Of a DNA stretch of 64,000 nt, positions 1 to 10,043 are shown one piece after another (the first letter of the stretch is position 1; each line of letters starts with the position of its first letter). Under the pieces are notes generated by a model that was not told where the DNA came from, did no database searches, and saw nothing but the letters and a program-made list of their open reading frames with translations. The DNA is taken from contig MHHG01000028.1 of assembly GCA_001805965.1 (NCBI GenBank), positions 9,193 to 73,192 on the forward strand, in the 5' to 3' direction. Source of the stretch: Omnitrophica WOR_2 bacterium RIFOXYA2_FULL_38_17. Lineage in GTDB: Bacteria; Omnitrophota; Gorgyraeia; Zapsychrales; Zapsychraceae. Position numbers and translations under genes: made by a program.

Positions 1-305
1 TACGCAAATATTCTTAAATGCTGAATGTACTGGAAAGATATCCTTTATGCTTTTTTTGTGTTTGTTTATATTTATAAATAACAAAAACCCGATTGTTAAA
101 ATATAAGCGAGAGATATTATCAGCTGAGAATATTTATTAAATATCAGAAAAGACAGGAATGTAATCAGGGCGCATAAACCCAGCCCTAGGCCAAGGGATA
201 AACTTGCTCTCAATGAAGTCTGAAGCTTGATCTTGTCCGAGACAAGCATGCTTATCGTTAAGTATCCGATTAAAAAAGCAATAAAGTAAAAAATTATTAT
301 CATAG

Positions 306-725
306 CTATTGTTTCACTGCAAGTATCTTGCCGTATTTGTTGATTTTTAAAGGCGCTGCGTTAAGGCTTCTTAAGGCATACAGAACATGAGTTTTGCTTG
401 TGCAATCAAGAATATTATATTTGTGCTTTGTAGCATTCAGATCAAGAGCTGTTGGCGCCAACATATACTGGGCCATGAGAAATTGCCCATCATTGTTCTC
501 TGATGAAAGATCTTTGTTCGTTATGAATCCAGCTTCACGTACGCCGTTAAGATCATCTTTAAGATCAGCAAATTGTAATCCTGGTTCAAAGCTGTTTTTG
601 TTTTCAGTTTTTAATTGGATAATAATACCGGTTACAAGAATGAAAATGTTGCAGACTAAAACTATTAAAGAAAGAGCCAGAATGGCAGATTTAAAACTGA
701 GGATTTTCTTTATTGTAAGCGTCAT
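306..725 (-). CDS. hypothetical membrane-anchored protein (N-terminal TM helix, hydrophilic C-terminal domain)
   Basis: 139-aa ORF with an N-terminal hydrophobic segment. The overlapping + strand ORF 394..735 is R/S-rich and looks like an antisense artefact, so the minus ORF is preferred. Confidence 0.45.
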   Translation of the reverse strand: MTLTIKKILSFKSAILALSLIVLVCNIFILVTGIIIQLKTENKNSFEPGLQFADLKDDLNGVREAGFITNKDLSSENNDGQFLMAQYMLAPTALDLNATKHKYNILDCTSKTHVLYALRSLNAAPLKINKYGKILAVKQ

Positions 726-861
726 TTTATTTTAATGATTTAAGTTATTATGGATTTTTATTATGCAACAAGCAATAAAGGAAAGCAAGGCTAAAAAGTC
801 GTTATTAACTAATATTAATATTCAAATAAATAATAAAAAAGAGATTGTTCTAATTTAGTGT

Positions 862-889
862 TTTACAAGCGTACAAATATCGCTATAAT
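862..889 (+). promoter_or_regulatory. candidate sigma70-type promoter TTTACA-16-TATAAT upstream of the oxidoreductase gene
   Basis: TTTACA at 862-867, 16-nt spacer, TATAAT at 884-889, about 45 nt upstream of the ATG at 938. Confidence 0.4.
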
Positions 890-937
890 ATGTTCTATTA
901 TTAAGCTTTTGAAACTGAAGCAGTGGAAGGAGAGGGC

Positions 938-1960
938 ATGGTAGGTGTAGGAATTATTGGTTGTGGACAGTGGGGGCCTAATCATATAAGGATTTTTTCT
1001 CAGCTATCGAGATCAAAAGCCTTGATATGCTCTGATCTTGACCAGAAAAGATTGGACGCAATAAAGGAAGCATATCCTGATATTAAGACAACCCTTGATT
1101 ATAAAGATATTTTTAGGGATCCGGGGGTAGATGCGGTTTGCATCGCTACTCCAACAAAAACGCATTTTGCTATTGCCAAAGAGGCATTAGCGGCGGGAAA
1201 ACATGTTTTGTGCGAAAAGCCTTTGTCTTTGGACCCGGGTGAATGTGATGAATTAAAAAAAATTGCAGATGCTGCAGGCAGGATACTTATTGTTGGCCAT
1301 ATATTTCTTTTCAATGCCGGCATCAATTGGTTGAAAGAGTATCTTAGGTCTGGTGAGTTGGGTGATATACATTATGCATATGCTACAAGGACAAATCTCG
1401 GGCCTTTCCGCTATGACGTAAACGCTTTGTGGGATTTGGCGCCCCATGATATTTCAATTTTTAATTATCTGTTCGATAGTTGTCCTGTCAATGTATCGGC
1501 GAGAGGCCATAAATGCCTCGGCACTCCTTTAGAGGATATTGCTTTTGCTTCTTTAGAATATCCCGGCAATATAATGGCGAATATCCATGTTAGCTGGGTG
1601 GACCCAAAAAAGGTCAGGCAAATAACTATTGTCGGTGATAAAAAAATGGTTGTTTGGGATGACCTGGACAATGTCGGACCTATAAAGCTTTATGATAAAC
1701 ATGTAGAGAAGGCTTCTGCTTTTTATCAGACTTACGGTGAATTTCAGCTGTTGTCAAAAGAAGGAAGCATTACTATACCTAAGGTTGGCTTTTCAGAGCC
1801 TTTAAAAACACAGGGACAGTTCTTTATTGATTGTATTGAGAAAAAGGTTTCCCCTGAAATTGCTGATGCGACAAAAGGCGGTGATGTTGTCAAGGTTTTA
1901 TGTGCCTTGCAGGAATCTATTGGGAAAAAAGGTGTTTCTATCGAGATGGATCATAGCTAA
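938..1960 (+). CDS. Gfo/Idh/MocA family NAD(P)-dependent oxidoreductase (sugar dehydrogenase-like)
   Basis: N-terminal Rossmann motif GIIGCGQWG and EKPL motif. The ATG at 938 has an AGGAG RBS 5 nt upstream. The track start GTG 923 is less likely. Confidence 0.8.
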   Translation: MVGVGIIGCGQWGPNHIRIFSQLSRSKALICSDLDQKRLDAIKEAYPDIKTTLDYKDIFRDPGVDAVCIATPTKTHFAIAKEALAAGKHVLCEKPLSLDPGECDELKKIADAAGRILIVGHIFLFNAGINWLKEYLRSGELGDIHYAYATRTNLGPFRYDVNALWDLAPHDISIFNYLFDSCPVNVSARGHKCLGTPLEDIAFASLEYPGNIMANIHVSWVDPKKVRQITIVGDKKMVVWDDLDNVGPIKLYDKHVEKASAFYQTYGEFQLLSKEGSITIPKVGFSEPLKTQGQFFIDCIEKKVSPEIADATKGGDVVKVLCALQESIGKKGVSIEMDHS

Positions 1961-2022
1961 AGAGTCATTGTTTTTAGCAGAAGATTTAGGTGCGTATATT
2001 AAAGGTTAATCCTGGTTCTTAT

Positions 2023-2754
2023 ATGAATAAAATTCTTGTTTGCCCTATAGCTTTTAATGAAAATGTTAAACTGAAGAATGTCATTGAAAGATTCTTAAAG
2101 TGTTCTGTGAGAAATAAAGTTGATTATCTTGTCGTGGATGATTGCAGCGAAGATGGCACTAGCGAGTTGATCAACAGCTGCTCGGGTCAGGGCGTTATGA
2201 CGATAAGGCATCAACAGCGCCAGGGGGTTGGGGCGGCTATCAGGACGGCGATAAAATTTGCAAGAGAAAAAAAATATGAAGCGCTTGTTATAATGGCAGG
2301 CAATGATAAGGATGACCCCCAGCAGATCTCTAATTTAATAGACCCTATATTTAATGAAGGATACGATTTTGTTCAGGGGTCTCGCTATTTAGGTAAAAAC
2401 GGCACGGGTGGCGATATGCCGTTTTATAGGAAGCTTGCTACAAGGGCTCACCCGATTATCATGTCTATTATAACGAGAAGGAAGGTTACCGATTCAACCA
2501 ATGGTTTTAGGGCTTTTAAGTTATCGATCTTTGATGATAAAAATATTGATATTGACCAGGCCTGGCTGGATAAGTATGAGCTGGAGCCATATTTGATGTA
2601 CAAAGCCATAAAACTTGGTTACAGGTTCAAAGAAGCCGGCGTTACAAAAATATATCCTTCAAGAAAGTTAGGCTATACAAAAATGCGCCCTGTTACAGGA
2701 TGGTGGAGCATTGTACGGCCTTTGATATTTTTAGGTCTTGGGATAAAGAAATAA
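2023..2754 (+). CDS. family 2 glycosyltransferase (dolichol-phosphate mannosyltransferase-like)
   Basis: VVDDCSEDGT (DxD-type) motif and GT2 fold signature. The start could alternatively be GTG 1990. Confidence 0.7.
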   Translation: MNKILVCPIAFNENVKLKNVIERFLKCSVRNKVDYLVVDDCSEDGTSELINSCSGQGVMTIRHQQRQGVGAAIRTAIKFAREKKYEALVIMAGNDKDDPQQISNLIDPIFNEGYDFVQGSRYLGKNGTGGDMPFYRKLATRAHPIIMSIITRRKVTDSTNGFRAFKLSIFDDKNIDIDQAWLDKYELEPYLMYKAIKLGYRFKEAGVTKIYPSRKLGYTKMRPVTGWWSIVRPLIFLGLGIKK

Positions 2755-2782
2755 ACAAACAATTCTAAGGAGGAATCAGGAA

Positions 2783-3052
2783 ATGGTAAAGAAAGGTCTG
2801 TTGGTTATATTAGCAATGATTTTAGTCGGGTGCTCCTATCAAGGCCAAAAGTTAAGCTCTTATTTTGAAAATCCAAGAAGCATTATTAAAGACCCGCATT
2901 TCACTAGTTATAAAGAAAAAAGAGATGCTCTTGAGAGTCAATATTTGCAAAGAGATATTACTTATGCGGATTATGTGCAGGGCATGGATGAATTAGATGA
3001 ATCTTATGCGAAAGAAGTACAGGAAAGAGACGCAAAGATATCATACAAATGA
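2783..3052 (+). CDS. small lipoprotein, unknown function
   Basis: Signal peptide ending in the lipobox LVGC, and an AGGAGG RBS upstream. Confidence 0.5.
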   Translation: MVKKGLLVILAMILVGCSYQGQKLSSYFENPRSIIKDPHFTSYKEKRDALESQYLQRDITYADYVQGMDELDESYAKEVQERDAKISYK

Positions 3053-3075
3053 AACTACCGAGGTAAGAAAGCAAT

Positions 3076-3807
3076 ATGAAGCTATACGGCAAGAATACTG
3101 TTATGGAACGGCTAAGGGTTGACCCTAAAAGCATTACAAAAATATTTGTTGAGCAAGCGTACAAGGGAACCGGCAATATCCAGAAGAAGGCCCGCCAATG
3201 GGGAGTGCCGGTATTTGTTGTTCCTACATCAAAAATGATGAAGATGGCAAGGGATAAGAATGCTCAAGGTGTCCTTGCTGATGTCGGGGATTATGGTTAT
3301 TTAGATTATGATGTCTTGCTGGATAATGCCCTTAAGAAAAGGAGATGTTTGGTTTTCCTAGATGGGCTTACTGACCCCCAGAATTTAGGGGCTATTATGA
3401 GGAGCTTGGCGTGTCTGGGCAAGTTTTCAATCGTATTACCTACTCATGATTCAGTCAGTGTAACAGAGACGGTTTTGAGGATTGCATCAGGTGGCGACAA
3501 TTATGTTCAGGTATCAAGGGTCGCTAATTTAAACAATGCTATTAAAAAAGCTAAAGATGCAGGCTTTGCCATTGTAGGTGCTGTTGTAAAAGGAGGAACT
3601 TCATTGGATGACGCTGAATTTGATTTTCCTATCGGGCTTGTTATCGGGTCAGAACAAAAAGGCATAAGCGAAAGAATCCAGGGTCAATTAGACCTTCAAG
3701 TGACAATCCCAATGGCAGCTGAAACAGTATCTTTTAATGCCGCACAAGCAACTACGGTCCTATGTTATGAAATTACACGACAAGAAAAAAAATACAAAAA
3801 AGACTAA
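3076..3807 (+). CDS. rlmB: 23S rRNA (guanosine-2'-O)-methyltransferase RlmB-like (SpoU/TrmH family)
   Basis: SpoU substrate-binding N-domain plus SPOUT motifs (LDGLTDPQNLGAIMRS, IGSEQKGIS). The 243-aa length matches RlmB. Confidence 0.7.
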   Translation: MKLYGKNTVMERLRVDPKSITKIFVEQAYKGTGNIQKKARQWGVPVFVVPTSKMMKMARDKNAQGVLADVGDYGYLDYDVLLDNALKKRRCLVFLDGLTDPQNLGAIMRSLACLGKFSIVLPTHDSVSVTETVLRIASGGDNYVQVSRVANLNNAIKKAKDAGFAIVGAVVKGGTSLDDAEFDFPIGLVIGSEQKGISERIQGQLDLQVTIPMAAETVSFNAAQATTVLCYEITRQEKKYKKD

Positions 3808-4387
3808 AAAACAAGCTGAGCTAAGCGCGATAAATTTGTTTGCAGAAGCCGGGCTTTTGAAGAAGATCAAGCGGAGCGGATGGTGGGTCGCTGGTATAAA
3901 AGACCCGGAAAGTGTTGCGGACCATTCTTTCAGGTGCGCAATAATTGCATATTATATGGCTCATTTGGAAAATGTTGATCCTTACAAAGCTCTTACAATG
4001 GCTTTGTTCAATGATATTCATGAGTCGCGAATAAATGATCTTCACAAGATGGGCCATTATTATATTGATTTCAAGCAGGCAGAGAAAAAGGTCTTTAGTG
4101 ATCAGGTCAAAGGTCTTGACTCCAGGGTGAAAAAAGAGATGGAAATATTCCGTAAAGAATATGATGAGCAGATGACAAAAGAAAGTATTGTTGCCCGCGA
4201 CGCCGATATTTTAGAATGCTTGTTGCAGGCGAAAGAATATTATGACAGCGGGCACACAAAAGCGAAAAAGTTCTTTAAGAAAGCCCCTGATCATTTGAAA
4301 ACAAAATCTGCCCAGAAGCTCTGGAAACAGATAAAAGATTGGGATAGCGGACAATGGTGGGAAGATGTTGTCAAATTTGATCGATAG
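3767..4387 (+). CDS. HD-domain hydrolase, YfbR-like 5'-deoxynucleotidase family (variant motif)
   Basis: ESVADHS motif I and DADILE motif. The start is uncertain (ATG 3737 or 3767) and either choice overlaps rlmB. Confidence 0.6.
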   Translation: MKLHDKKKNTKKTKKQAELSAINLFAEAGLLKKIKRSGWWVAGIKDPESVADHSFRCAIIAYYMAHLENVDPYKALTMALFNDIHESRINDLHKMGHYYIDFKQAEKKVFSDQVKGLDSRVKKEMEIFRKEYDEQMTKESIVARDADILECLLQAKEYYDSGHTKAKKFFKKAPDHLKTKSAQKLWKQIKDWDSGQWWEDVVKFDR

Positions 4388-4430
4388 AATAATTTTACTG
4401 TTTTTCTTTTTTTTTAAAGATAATGTTGTT

Positions 4431-5201
4431 GTGAGAAAAAATGCTTTGACAGGGGTGGTAACGATACTGTTCTTTGTTACCTTTCTTTCAGGATGTGGTA
4501 CTTTTGGCACATACAATACAGCTACAGGAAAAAAAGAATTTATTATGATCTCTACGGCTGAAGAAGTAGCTATGGGGCAAAGCGTTGACCAGAATTTGAG
4601 ATCTGAGTATAAATATTCATCAAATAGTACGTTAAAAAGCAGAGTTGAAGGAATCGGTAGAAAGATCGCCGAGGTTTCTGATAGAAAGGATTATCAGTAC
4701 AATTTCTTCGTTATAGAAAAAGATGAGCTTAATGCTTTTACAACCCCTGGCGGGAATATCTATATTTTCACAGGTTTGCTGAATAAGCTTACAACAGATG
4801 CTCAAATTGCTGCAGTTATAGCCCATGAAACAGGGCATTGTGCTGCAAAGCATGTTGTTAAGAAGTACCAGGCATCTCTTGGTTATGATATCGTAAAAAA
4901 GCTAATTCTAGGGAGGCTTGATTCATCAGGGAGCGCGGCTCAAGTGGTTTCCATGAGTTCCGGGACGTTAATGAACCTGGTTTTTTCGAAATACAGCAGA
5001 GGAGATGAATTTGAGGCCGATAGGCTGGGAGTAAAGTATCTGTATTTATCGGGATATGATCTTAATGGAATAATTGAAACGTTGACTATATTGCAAAATG
5101 AATCAAAAGGTTCTGCCGGCCCTTTGATCTTAAGTAGCCATCCTTATCTTAAGGATCGTATTGAAAGCGTAAAAAGAGAAATACAGGTATTAAAAAACTG
5201 A
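4431..5201 (+). CDS. M48 family zinc metallopeptidase lipoprotein (BepA/Ste24-like)
   Basis: HETGH (HExxH) motif. A lipoprotein signal FLSGC follows the in-frame GTG at 4431. The track ORF extends upstream to 4365. Confidence 0.7.
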   Translation: MRKNALTGVVTILFFVTFLSGCGTFGTYNTATGKKEFIMISTAEEVAMGQSVDQNLRSEYKYSSNSTLKSRVEGIGRKIAEVSDRKDYQYNFFVIEKDELNAFTTPGGNIYIFTGLLNKLTTDAQIAAVIAHETGHCAAKHVVKKYQASLGYDIVKKLILGRLDSSGSAAQVVSMSSGTLMNLVFSKYSRGDEFEADRLGVKYLYLSGYDLNGIIETLTILQNESKGSAGPLILSSHPYLKDRIESVKREIQVLKN

Positions 5202-5265
5202 TATTAGAGTAAAAAGTATTTTTAAGTATTTATTAATTTAATTTTAATGGTACAATGAGGTCAAG

Positions 5266-5562
5266 ATGAAAAGGGTAGGAGTTGCTGCAAGTAAAATAGC
5301 TAAAGATAATTTGTTCTTATATAATTTCTATGTTGTCCTTATTTCCTCTTTGTTTTCATTGTTTATTTTCATAGTATCAGGCTTTGTTGTTACTTTTGCC
5401 CTGATTATTATTGGATATGTTGGCAAGGAGATCATGCTAGTTAAATTTGAAAGGGACTGGTCCGATGTTCTTGTTATCTGTATGATATCTTTAACAATAA
5501 TTACGGCAATTTTTAACCTTTTAATTATTTCTAAAAATATTAGGCTAAACAAACTTAAATAA
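5266..5562 (+). CDS. small integral membrane protein, unknown function
   Basis: 98 aa with two to three hydrophobic helices. Lies upstream of the sensor kinase. Confidence 0.4.
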   Translation: MKRVGVAASKIAKDNLFLYNFYVVLISSLFSLFIFIVSGFVVTFALIIIGYVGKEIMLVKFERDWSDVLVICMISLTIITAIFNLLIISKNIRLNKLK

Positions 5563-5582
5563 TCTATATAAAAGAATAAGCT

Positions 5583-7886
5583 ATGACACAAGATAAAATT
5601 GATTTTCAAAAAATGACGGAACATTTAAAAGTAGGTGTTTTTAGGTATACACCTGGAACAAATGGCAAGTTTGTATATTCCAATGCTACATTTAGGAAGA
5701 TGTTAGGCTATGAAGCTGAAGATATTACTGATTTGGATGTTAATGATATTTTTGCAGATGTAAGATCATTTGCCGCATTAACCAGAAAATTATCTCAGGA
5801 ACACTCGGTTAAGAATCATGAAGTCAGATTGAAGGGGAAGAAAAAGGACATAATTTGGTGCAGTCTTTCCGTATCCGGGGTAAAGAATGAAAAAGGCAGA
5901 GTCCATTATTATGATGTAGCCCTAAGCGATATCTCAACTAAGAAAAAAGCGGAAAAAGAAGTAAAAGAATCGCAAGAGATGTTCCAGACTATCTTTAAGA
6001 ATTCTGCAGCAGCCATAACAGTTACTGATGGAAATGAAAGAATTATTGCATGGAATCCTTTTGCTGAAAAACTTTTCGGTATGGGTAAAAAGGAGTTCTT
6101 CAACAAGCCGGTCAAAGAGCTGTACCCTCCAAAAGAATGGAGAAGGATGCGAGGCTTCAAGATCAGGAAGAGAGGAATGCTTGCTGATATTGAAACTGAG
6201 GTTTATAAAAATGACGGAAGTTTAATCGAGGTTAATGTCTCTATTTCAGTTTTAAAGGATTCTGAGGGAAATGTTATAGGGTCTATTGGGATTATGCGGG
6301 ATATTACGGCGCAGAAAATCCTGGAAAGACGGCTCAGAGAATCAGAGAATAAAATACATATTATTCTGGATAATTCTGCTGCTTGCATAATGCTTATTGA
6401 TGATCAGGAAAGGATAGTATCGTGGAATAAATTTACCGAGAATCTGTTTGGCATGAAAAAAAGAGATCTGTATTTAAAACATGTCCAGGAGCTTTACCCG
6501 CCAGAAGAATGGAAAATGCTCAGGAATGCGAATATCAGGAAATTGGGGGGTAATCATCACATAAACACCAGGATTCTTACAAAGAAGAAGCAAAAGATCG
6601 ATGTGCAGTTATCTATAAATGTTCTAAGGGATTCTGATGATAGGGTTATCGGCTCGGTAGGGATCATGCAAGATATTACTGAGCAAAAACGCGTTCAGGC
6701 TATGTTGGTCCAGGCAAAGATGGTGGCTGAGGAGGCCAGCAGCGCAAAATCTTTGTTTTTAGCTAATATGTCACATGAAGTCCGTACGCCTATGAACACG
6801 ATCATTGGTATGATAGACCTAACGCTTGATAATGAAATGAAAGATGAGCAAAAAGAGAACCTTATTGTAGCAAAAGAAGCAGCGGATAATCTCTTGGGTC
6901 TTCTAAATGATATTTTGGATTTATCTAGGGTTGAAGCAGGAAAGATAACTCTTGAAAATATTGAGTTCCACATGCCAAATGTTCTAAAAAGCGTTGTTAA
7001 GGGTATGAGCGTCCTTGCTGCAAAGAAGGACCTAAAGTTATCGGTCAATATAGATCCTAATGTGCCGGAATTGATAGAAGGTGATCCTGTAAGGCTTAGA
7101 CAGATATTTATTAACTTGATAAATAATGCTATCAAGTTTACGCATAAAGGGACAATTGATACATCGGTAAAATTGCTAAAAACTACTAATGGAATCGCTG
7201 AATTGCATTTTTCTGTTAAAGATCCGGGTATCGGTATTGCGAAAGACCGACAGGATCAGGTTTTTGAGATATTTACTCAAGCAGAGAGTTCGACTGCCAG
7301 AAGATTCGGTGGAACTGGCCTTGGATTAGCAATCTCTAAACGTTTGGCAGAAATGATGAATGGAACTATTTGGGTAGAAAGCGAAGAAGGTAAGGGCAGT
7401 AATTTCCAATTTACTGGCGAGTTTAAGGTTATTCAGCAAAAAGCTGTTCCGGATGATTCTGAAACAAGGGTGTCATCAGGAGGCGAAATATCTTTAAAAG
7501 ATGTAAATGTTATTGTTGCAGAGGATAATGTCGTTAATCAAAAGATAGTTGTTCGTATGCTGGAAAAGCAAGGCTGTGTAGTAGCAGCGGTTGTCAATGG
7601 CCAGGAAGTGATCGATGCGATTGAAAAGAAGAAATTTGATGTGATCTTAATGGATATGCAAATGCCTGTTTTAGATGGGTTAGAAGCTACAAAAATAATT
7701 AGGCAGAACGAGGAGCATACGGGAAAACACATTCCTATTATTGCTTTAACAGCAAGGGCAATGCAAGATGACAAACAAAGATGTCTTTCTGCGGGTATGG
7801 ACGGATACGTTTCCAAGCCAATTGACAGGAAGAAACTTTATGAGGAAATCGGAAACGTGATTAATAAGGAGAATAAAAATGGGTAA
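5583..7886 (+). CDS. hybrid sensor histidine kinase/response regulator with three PAS domains
   Basis: Repeated PAS blocks, the H-box MSHEVRTPMN, HATPase_c G-boxes (GTGLGLAISK), and a C-terminal REC domain (DVILMDMQMP). Confidence 0.85.
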   Translation: MTQDKIDFQKMTEHLKVGVFRYTPGTNGKFVYSNATFRKMLGYEAEDITDLDVNDIFADVRSFAALTRKLSQEHSVKNHEVRLKGKKKDIIWCSLSVSGVKNEKGRVHYYDVALSDISTKKKAEKEVKESQEMFQTIFKNSAAAITVTDGNERIIAWNPFAEKLFGMGKKEFFNKPVKELYPPKEWRRMRGFKIRKRGMLADIETEVYKNDGSLIEVNVSISVLKDSEGNVIGSIGIMRDITAQKILERRLRESENKIHIILDNSAACIMLIDDQERIVSWNKFTENLFGMKKRDLYLKHVQELYPPEEWKMLRNANIRKLGGNHHINTRILTKKKQKIDVQLSINVLRDSDDRVIGSVGIMQDITEQKRVQAMLVQAKMVAEEASSAKSLFLANMSHEVRTPMNTIIGMIDLTLDNEMKDEQKENLIVAKEAADNLLGLLNDILDLSRVEAGKITLENIEFHMPNVLKSVVKGMSVLAAKKDLKLSVNIDPNVPELIEGDPVRLRQIFINLINNAIKFTHKGTIDTSVKLLKTTNGIAELHFSVKDPGIGIAKDRQDQVFEIFTQAESSTARRFGGTGLGLAISKRLAEMMNGTIWVESEEGKGSNFQFTGEFKVIQQKAVPDDSETRVSSGGEISLKDVNVIVAEDNVVNQKIVVRMLEKQGCVVAAVVNGQEVIDAIEKKKFDVILMDMQMPVLDGLEATKIIRQNEEHTGKHIPIIALTARAMQDDKQRCLSAGMDGYVSKPIDRKKLYEEIGNVINKENKNG

Positions 7887-8229
7887 TGATTCGATCGATT
7901 TAAGTGAATTCCTGGAAAGAGTTCAGGATGATAAAGAATTGCTTTTGGAGCTAATTGATATTTTCGCTGAAGATTATTTGGCAAAAAGAGAATTGCTTCA
8001 AACGGCAATTGAGAATAAGGACTATGAAGAGATCAAAGGTATCTCTCATTCATTGAAGGGCGCATCAGGAAATATTTCAGCTAAGAAGTTGAGATTGATA
8101 CTGCTGCAGTTTGAAGAAAAGGGAAAAGCGCAGGATCTTACAGGCGTTGAAGATATTTTAGAAGCTTTAGATAAAGAATACGAAAGAGTGGCGGATCGTT
8201 TTGAAAGTTTAAAAGAGGAGCTTAAGTAA
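7879..8229 (+). CDS. Hpt (histidine phosphotransfer) domain protein
   Basis: SHSLKGASGN Hpt motif. Overlaps the kinase stop by 8 nt and has an AAGGAG RBS. Confidence 0.7.
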   Translation: MGNDSIDLSEFLERVQDDKELLLELIDIFAEDYLAKRELLQTAIENKDYEEIKGISHSLKGASGNISAKKLRLILLQFEEKGKAQDLTGVEDILEALDKEYERVADRFESLKEELK

Positions 8230-8244
8230 GCTATACTTAATTTA

Positions 8245-10014
8245 TTGGAATCAGTGATAGATCCAAGAAAAAGCCTAGGTAAAATCAGCAAGTTACAGAT
8301 TATTTTGATCCTGTTGTTTTTTGGTCTTTGCGTTTATTCTAATGCGATCTTCCATCCATTTGTCCACGATGATGTTGTTTTTATTGAAAAAAATCCCCTC
8401 ATATCAACATTAGATATTAAGGACATATTTTTTTCGCCCGCGCCTTTTAGCGGCAGCTCTGATATCGCGAATTCATATTATCGACCCTTACTGGATATTT
8501 TATACAGGATCCAATATCAAAATTTTGGTAAAGTTGCTTATAAATATCATTTGTTTAATATATTTCTGCATGTTCTTAATGCATATTTGGTTTATTTGAT
8601 ATTAAGCTTTTTGCTTGATGAGCAAATGTTTGCTTTGTTTGGATCGTTGTTGTTTCTAATTCATCCTGTACAGAGCGAAGCGGTTTCTTGTATTGTCGGG
8701 GTTTCGAACTTATTATATTTCCTCCTTTGTAGCATGAGTTTTTATTTATACCTGCTTGCTAAAAAAGACGCAAAAAGTTTTAAAAGTAGTGTCTGTTACT
8801 TGTTTTCCTTGATGATATTTGCTGTTTCACTTTTAGCCAAAGAGCAAGCGGTGGTCCTTCCTTTTATAGTAATCCTGTATGAGATATGCTCCTGGGTTTA
8901 TACTGATCAGGATATAAAAGATGATCTGGGGCCGTGTAAAATTGTCTTTAAAGGGGCAGGATATTTTTTAGTTCTGTTGTGTTATTTTTATTTGAGAAAA
9001 GCTGCAGTAGGGTCGTCCCTGTCAGAATCATTTTTGATTAACGAGGAATTAGGCCTCAGGATATTATCAATTCCGAGGACAATTCTTTTATATGTTAGTT
9101 TGATCTTTTTCCCGGTTGGCTTGCATTATTATAGGAATATAGATATTTTGCAGCCATTTTTAATGCCGACATTGTTTTTATCGGCATTAATAGTTGTGTT
9201 TTTGCTCATAATAAATTCTTTGAAATCCACCAAACAAAAGTTTCTGGCTGTTTTTGGCACAGGCTTCTTCTTTGTGTCGCTGCTTCCTGTTTTGAATATA
9301 GTGCCAATTGTGAACGAGTACTCTTTTGTCTTGGCGGCCGATCATTTTTTGTATTTACCAGTTTTTGGAATGATATTGTTTGTTATCGTTGTAGTTAAAG
9401 AATTGCTGGGCAAATACAATATTTATAAAAGAATGATCATTGCGGTATTAAGCTTTATAGTTGTGATTTTATGTGCGGTCACGTTGAGATTAAATGGTTT
9501 TTGGGCCAATGAGATCTCTATATTCGAAAGGACTGTGAAATATGAAAGAAATTTTGGCAGGGGACATCAGCTTCTGGCAAAAGCTTACTATTTTAATGGA
9601 AAGTTTGATATGGCAATATCTGAATATAAGAAAGCCTTGGGTATTATGCTCAGCTATGTTGGGAAAGTGCAAAATGCAAAAGCCAAAATTATATATTTGG
9701 ATTTTGTAAAGGAGATCAATTTTGATCTTGGCATATGCTACCAAGGTAAAAGGGATTATCAGTCTGCGTTAAGATATTTTAAAAATGTTTCTAGTCTTGA
9801 CCCTGATGATGGCGCTATTCATAATAACATTGGCATTGTTTACGTGAATCTAAATGATCTTGATAAAGCGGTCGAGCACTTTGAAATTGCGTATGATATG
9901 AAAAAAGATGACCTTATGTCAATGAAGAATCTGGCGCTAGGTTATATGAAATTAGGAAGGGCCAAAGAAGCAGAGCGATTGTTTATGCGTATTCAACAAA
10001 TTAATAGCAAGTAA
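8245..10014 (+). CDS. polytopic membrane protein with C-terminal TPR repeats (TMTC/PMT_2/DUF1736-like)
   Basis: About 11 predicted TM helices followed by TPR-like repeats (AISEYKKALG, ALRYFKNVSSLDPDD). The start is TTG or GTG. Confidence 0.6.
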   Translation: MESVIDPRKSLGKISKLQIILILLFFGLCVYSNAIFHPFVHDDVVFIEKNPLISTLDIKDIFFSPAPFSGSSDIANSYYRPLLDILYRIQYQNFGKVAYKYHLFNIFLHVLNAYLVYLILSFLLDEQMFALFGSLLFLIHPVQSEAVSCIVGVSNLLYFLLCSMSFYLYLLAKKDAKSFKSSVCYLFSLMIFAVSLLAKEQAVVLPFIVILYEICSWVYTDQDIKDDLGPCKIVFKGAGYFLVLLCYFYLRKAAVGSSLSESFLINEELGLRILSIPRTILLYVSLIFFPVGLHYYRNIDILQPFLMPTLFLSALIVVFLLIINSLKSTKQKFLAVFGTGFFFVSLLPVLNIVPIVNEYSFVLAADHFLYLPVFGMILFVIVVVKELLGKYNIYKRMIIAVLSFIVVILCAVTLRLNGFWANEISIFERTVKYERNFGRGHQLLAKAYYFNGKFDMAISEYKKALGIMLSYVGKVQNAKAKIIYLDFVKEINFDLGICYQGKRDYQSALRYFKNVSSLDPDDGAIHNNIGIVYVNLNDLDKAVEHFEIAYDMKKDDLMSMKNLALGYMKLGRAKEAERLFMRIQQINSK

Positions 10015-10043
10015 TCGGGATCGATCAATTTTAAGGAGGAAGA

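Noticed and set aside
394-735. 113-aa + strand ORF fully overlapping the minus-strand ORF 306-725
   Set aside because: The translation is Arg/Ser-rich and low-complexity, and there is no RBS. The minus-strand product has a clean signal-anchor and globular domain. Treated as an antisense shadow ORF.
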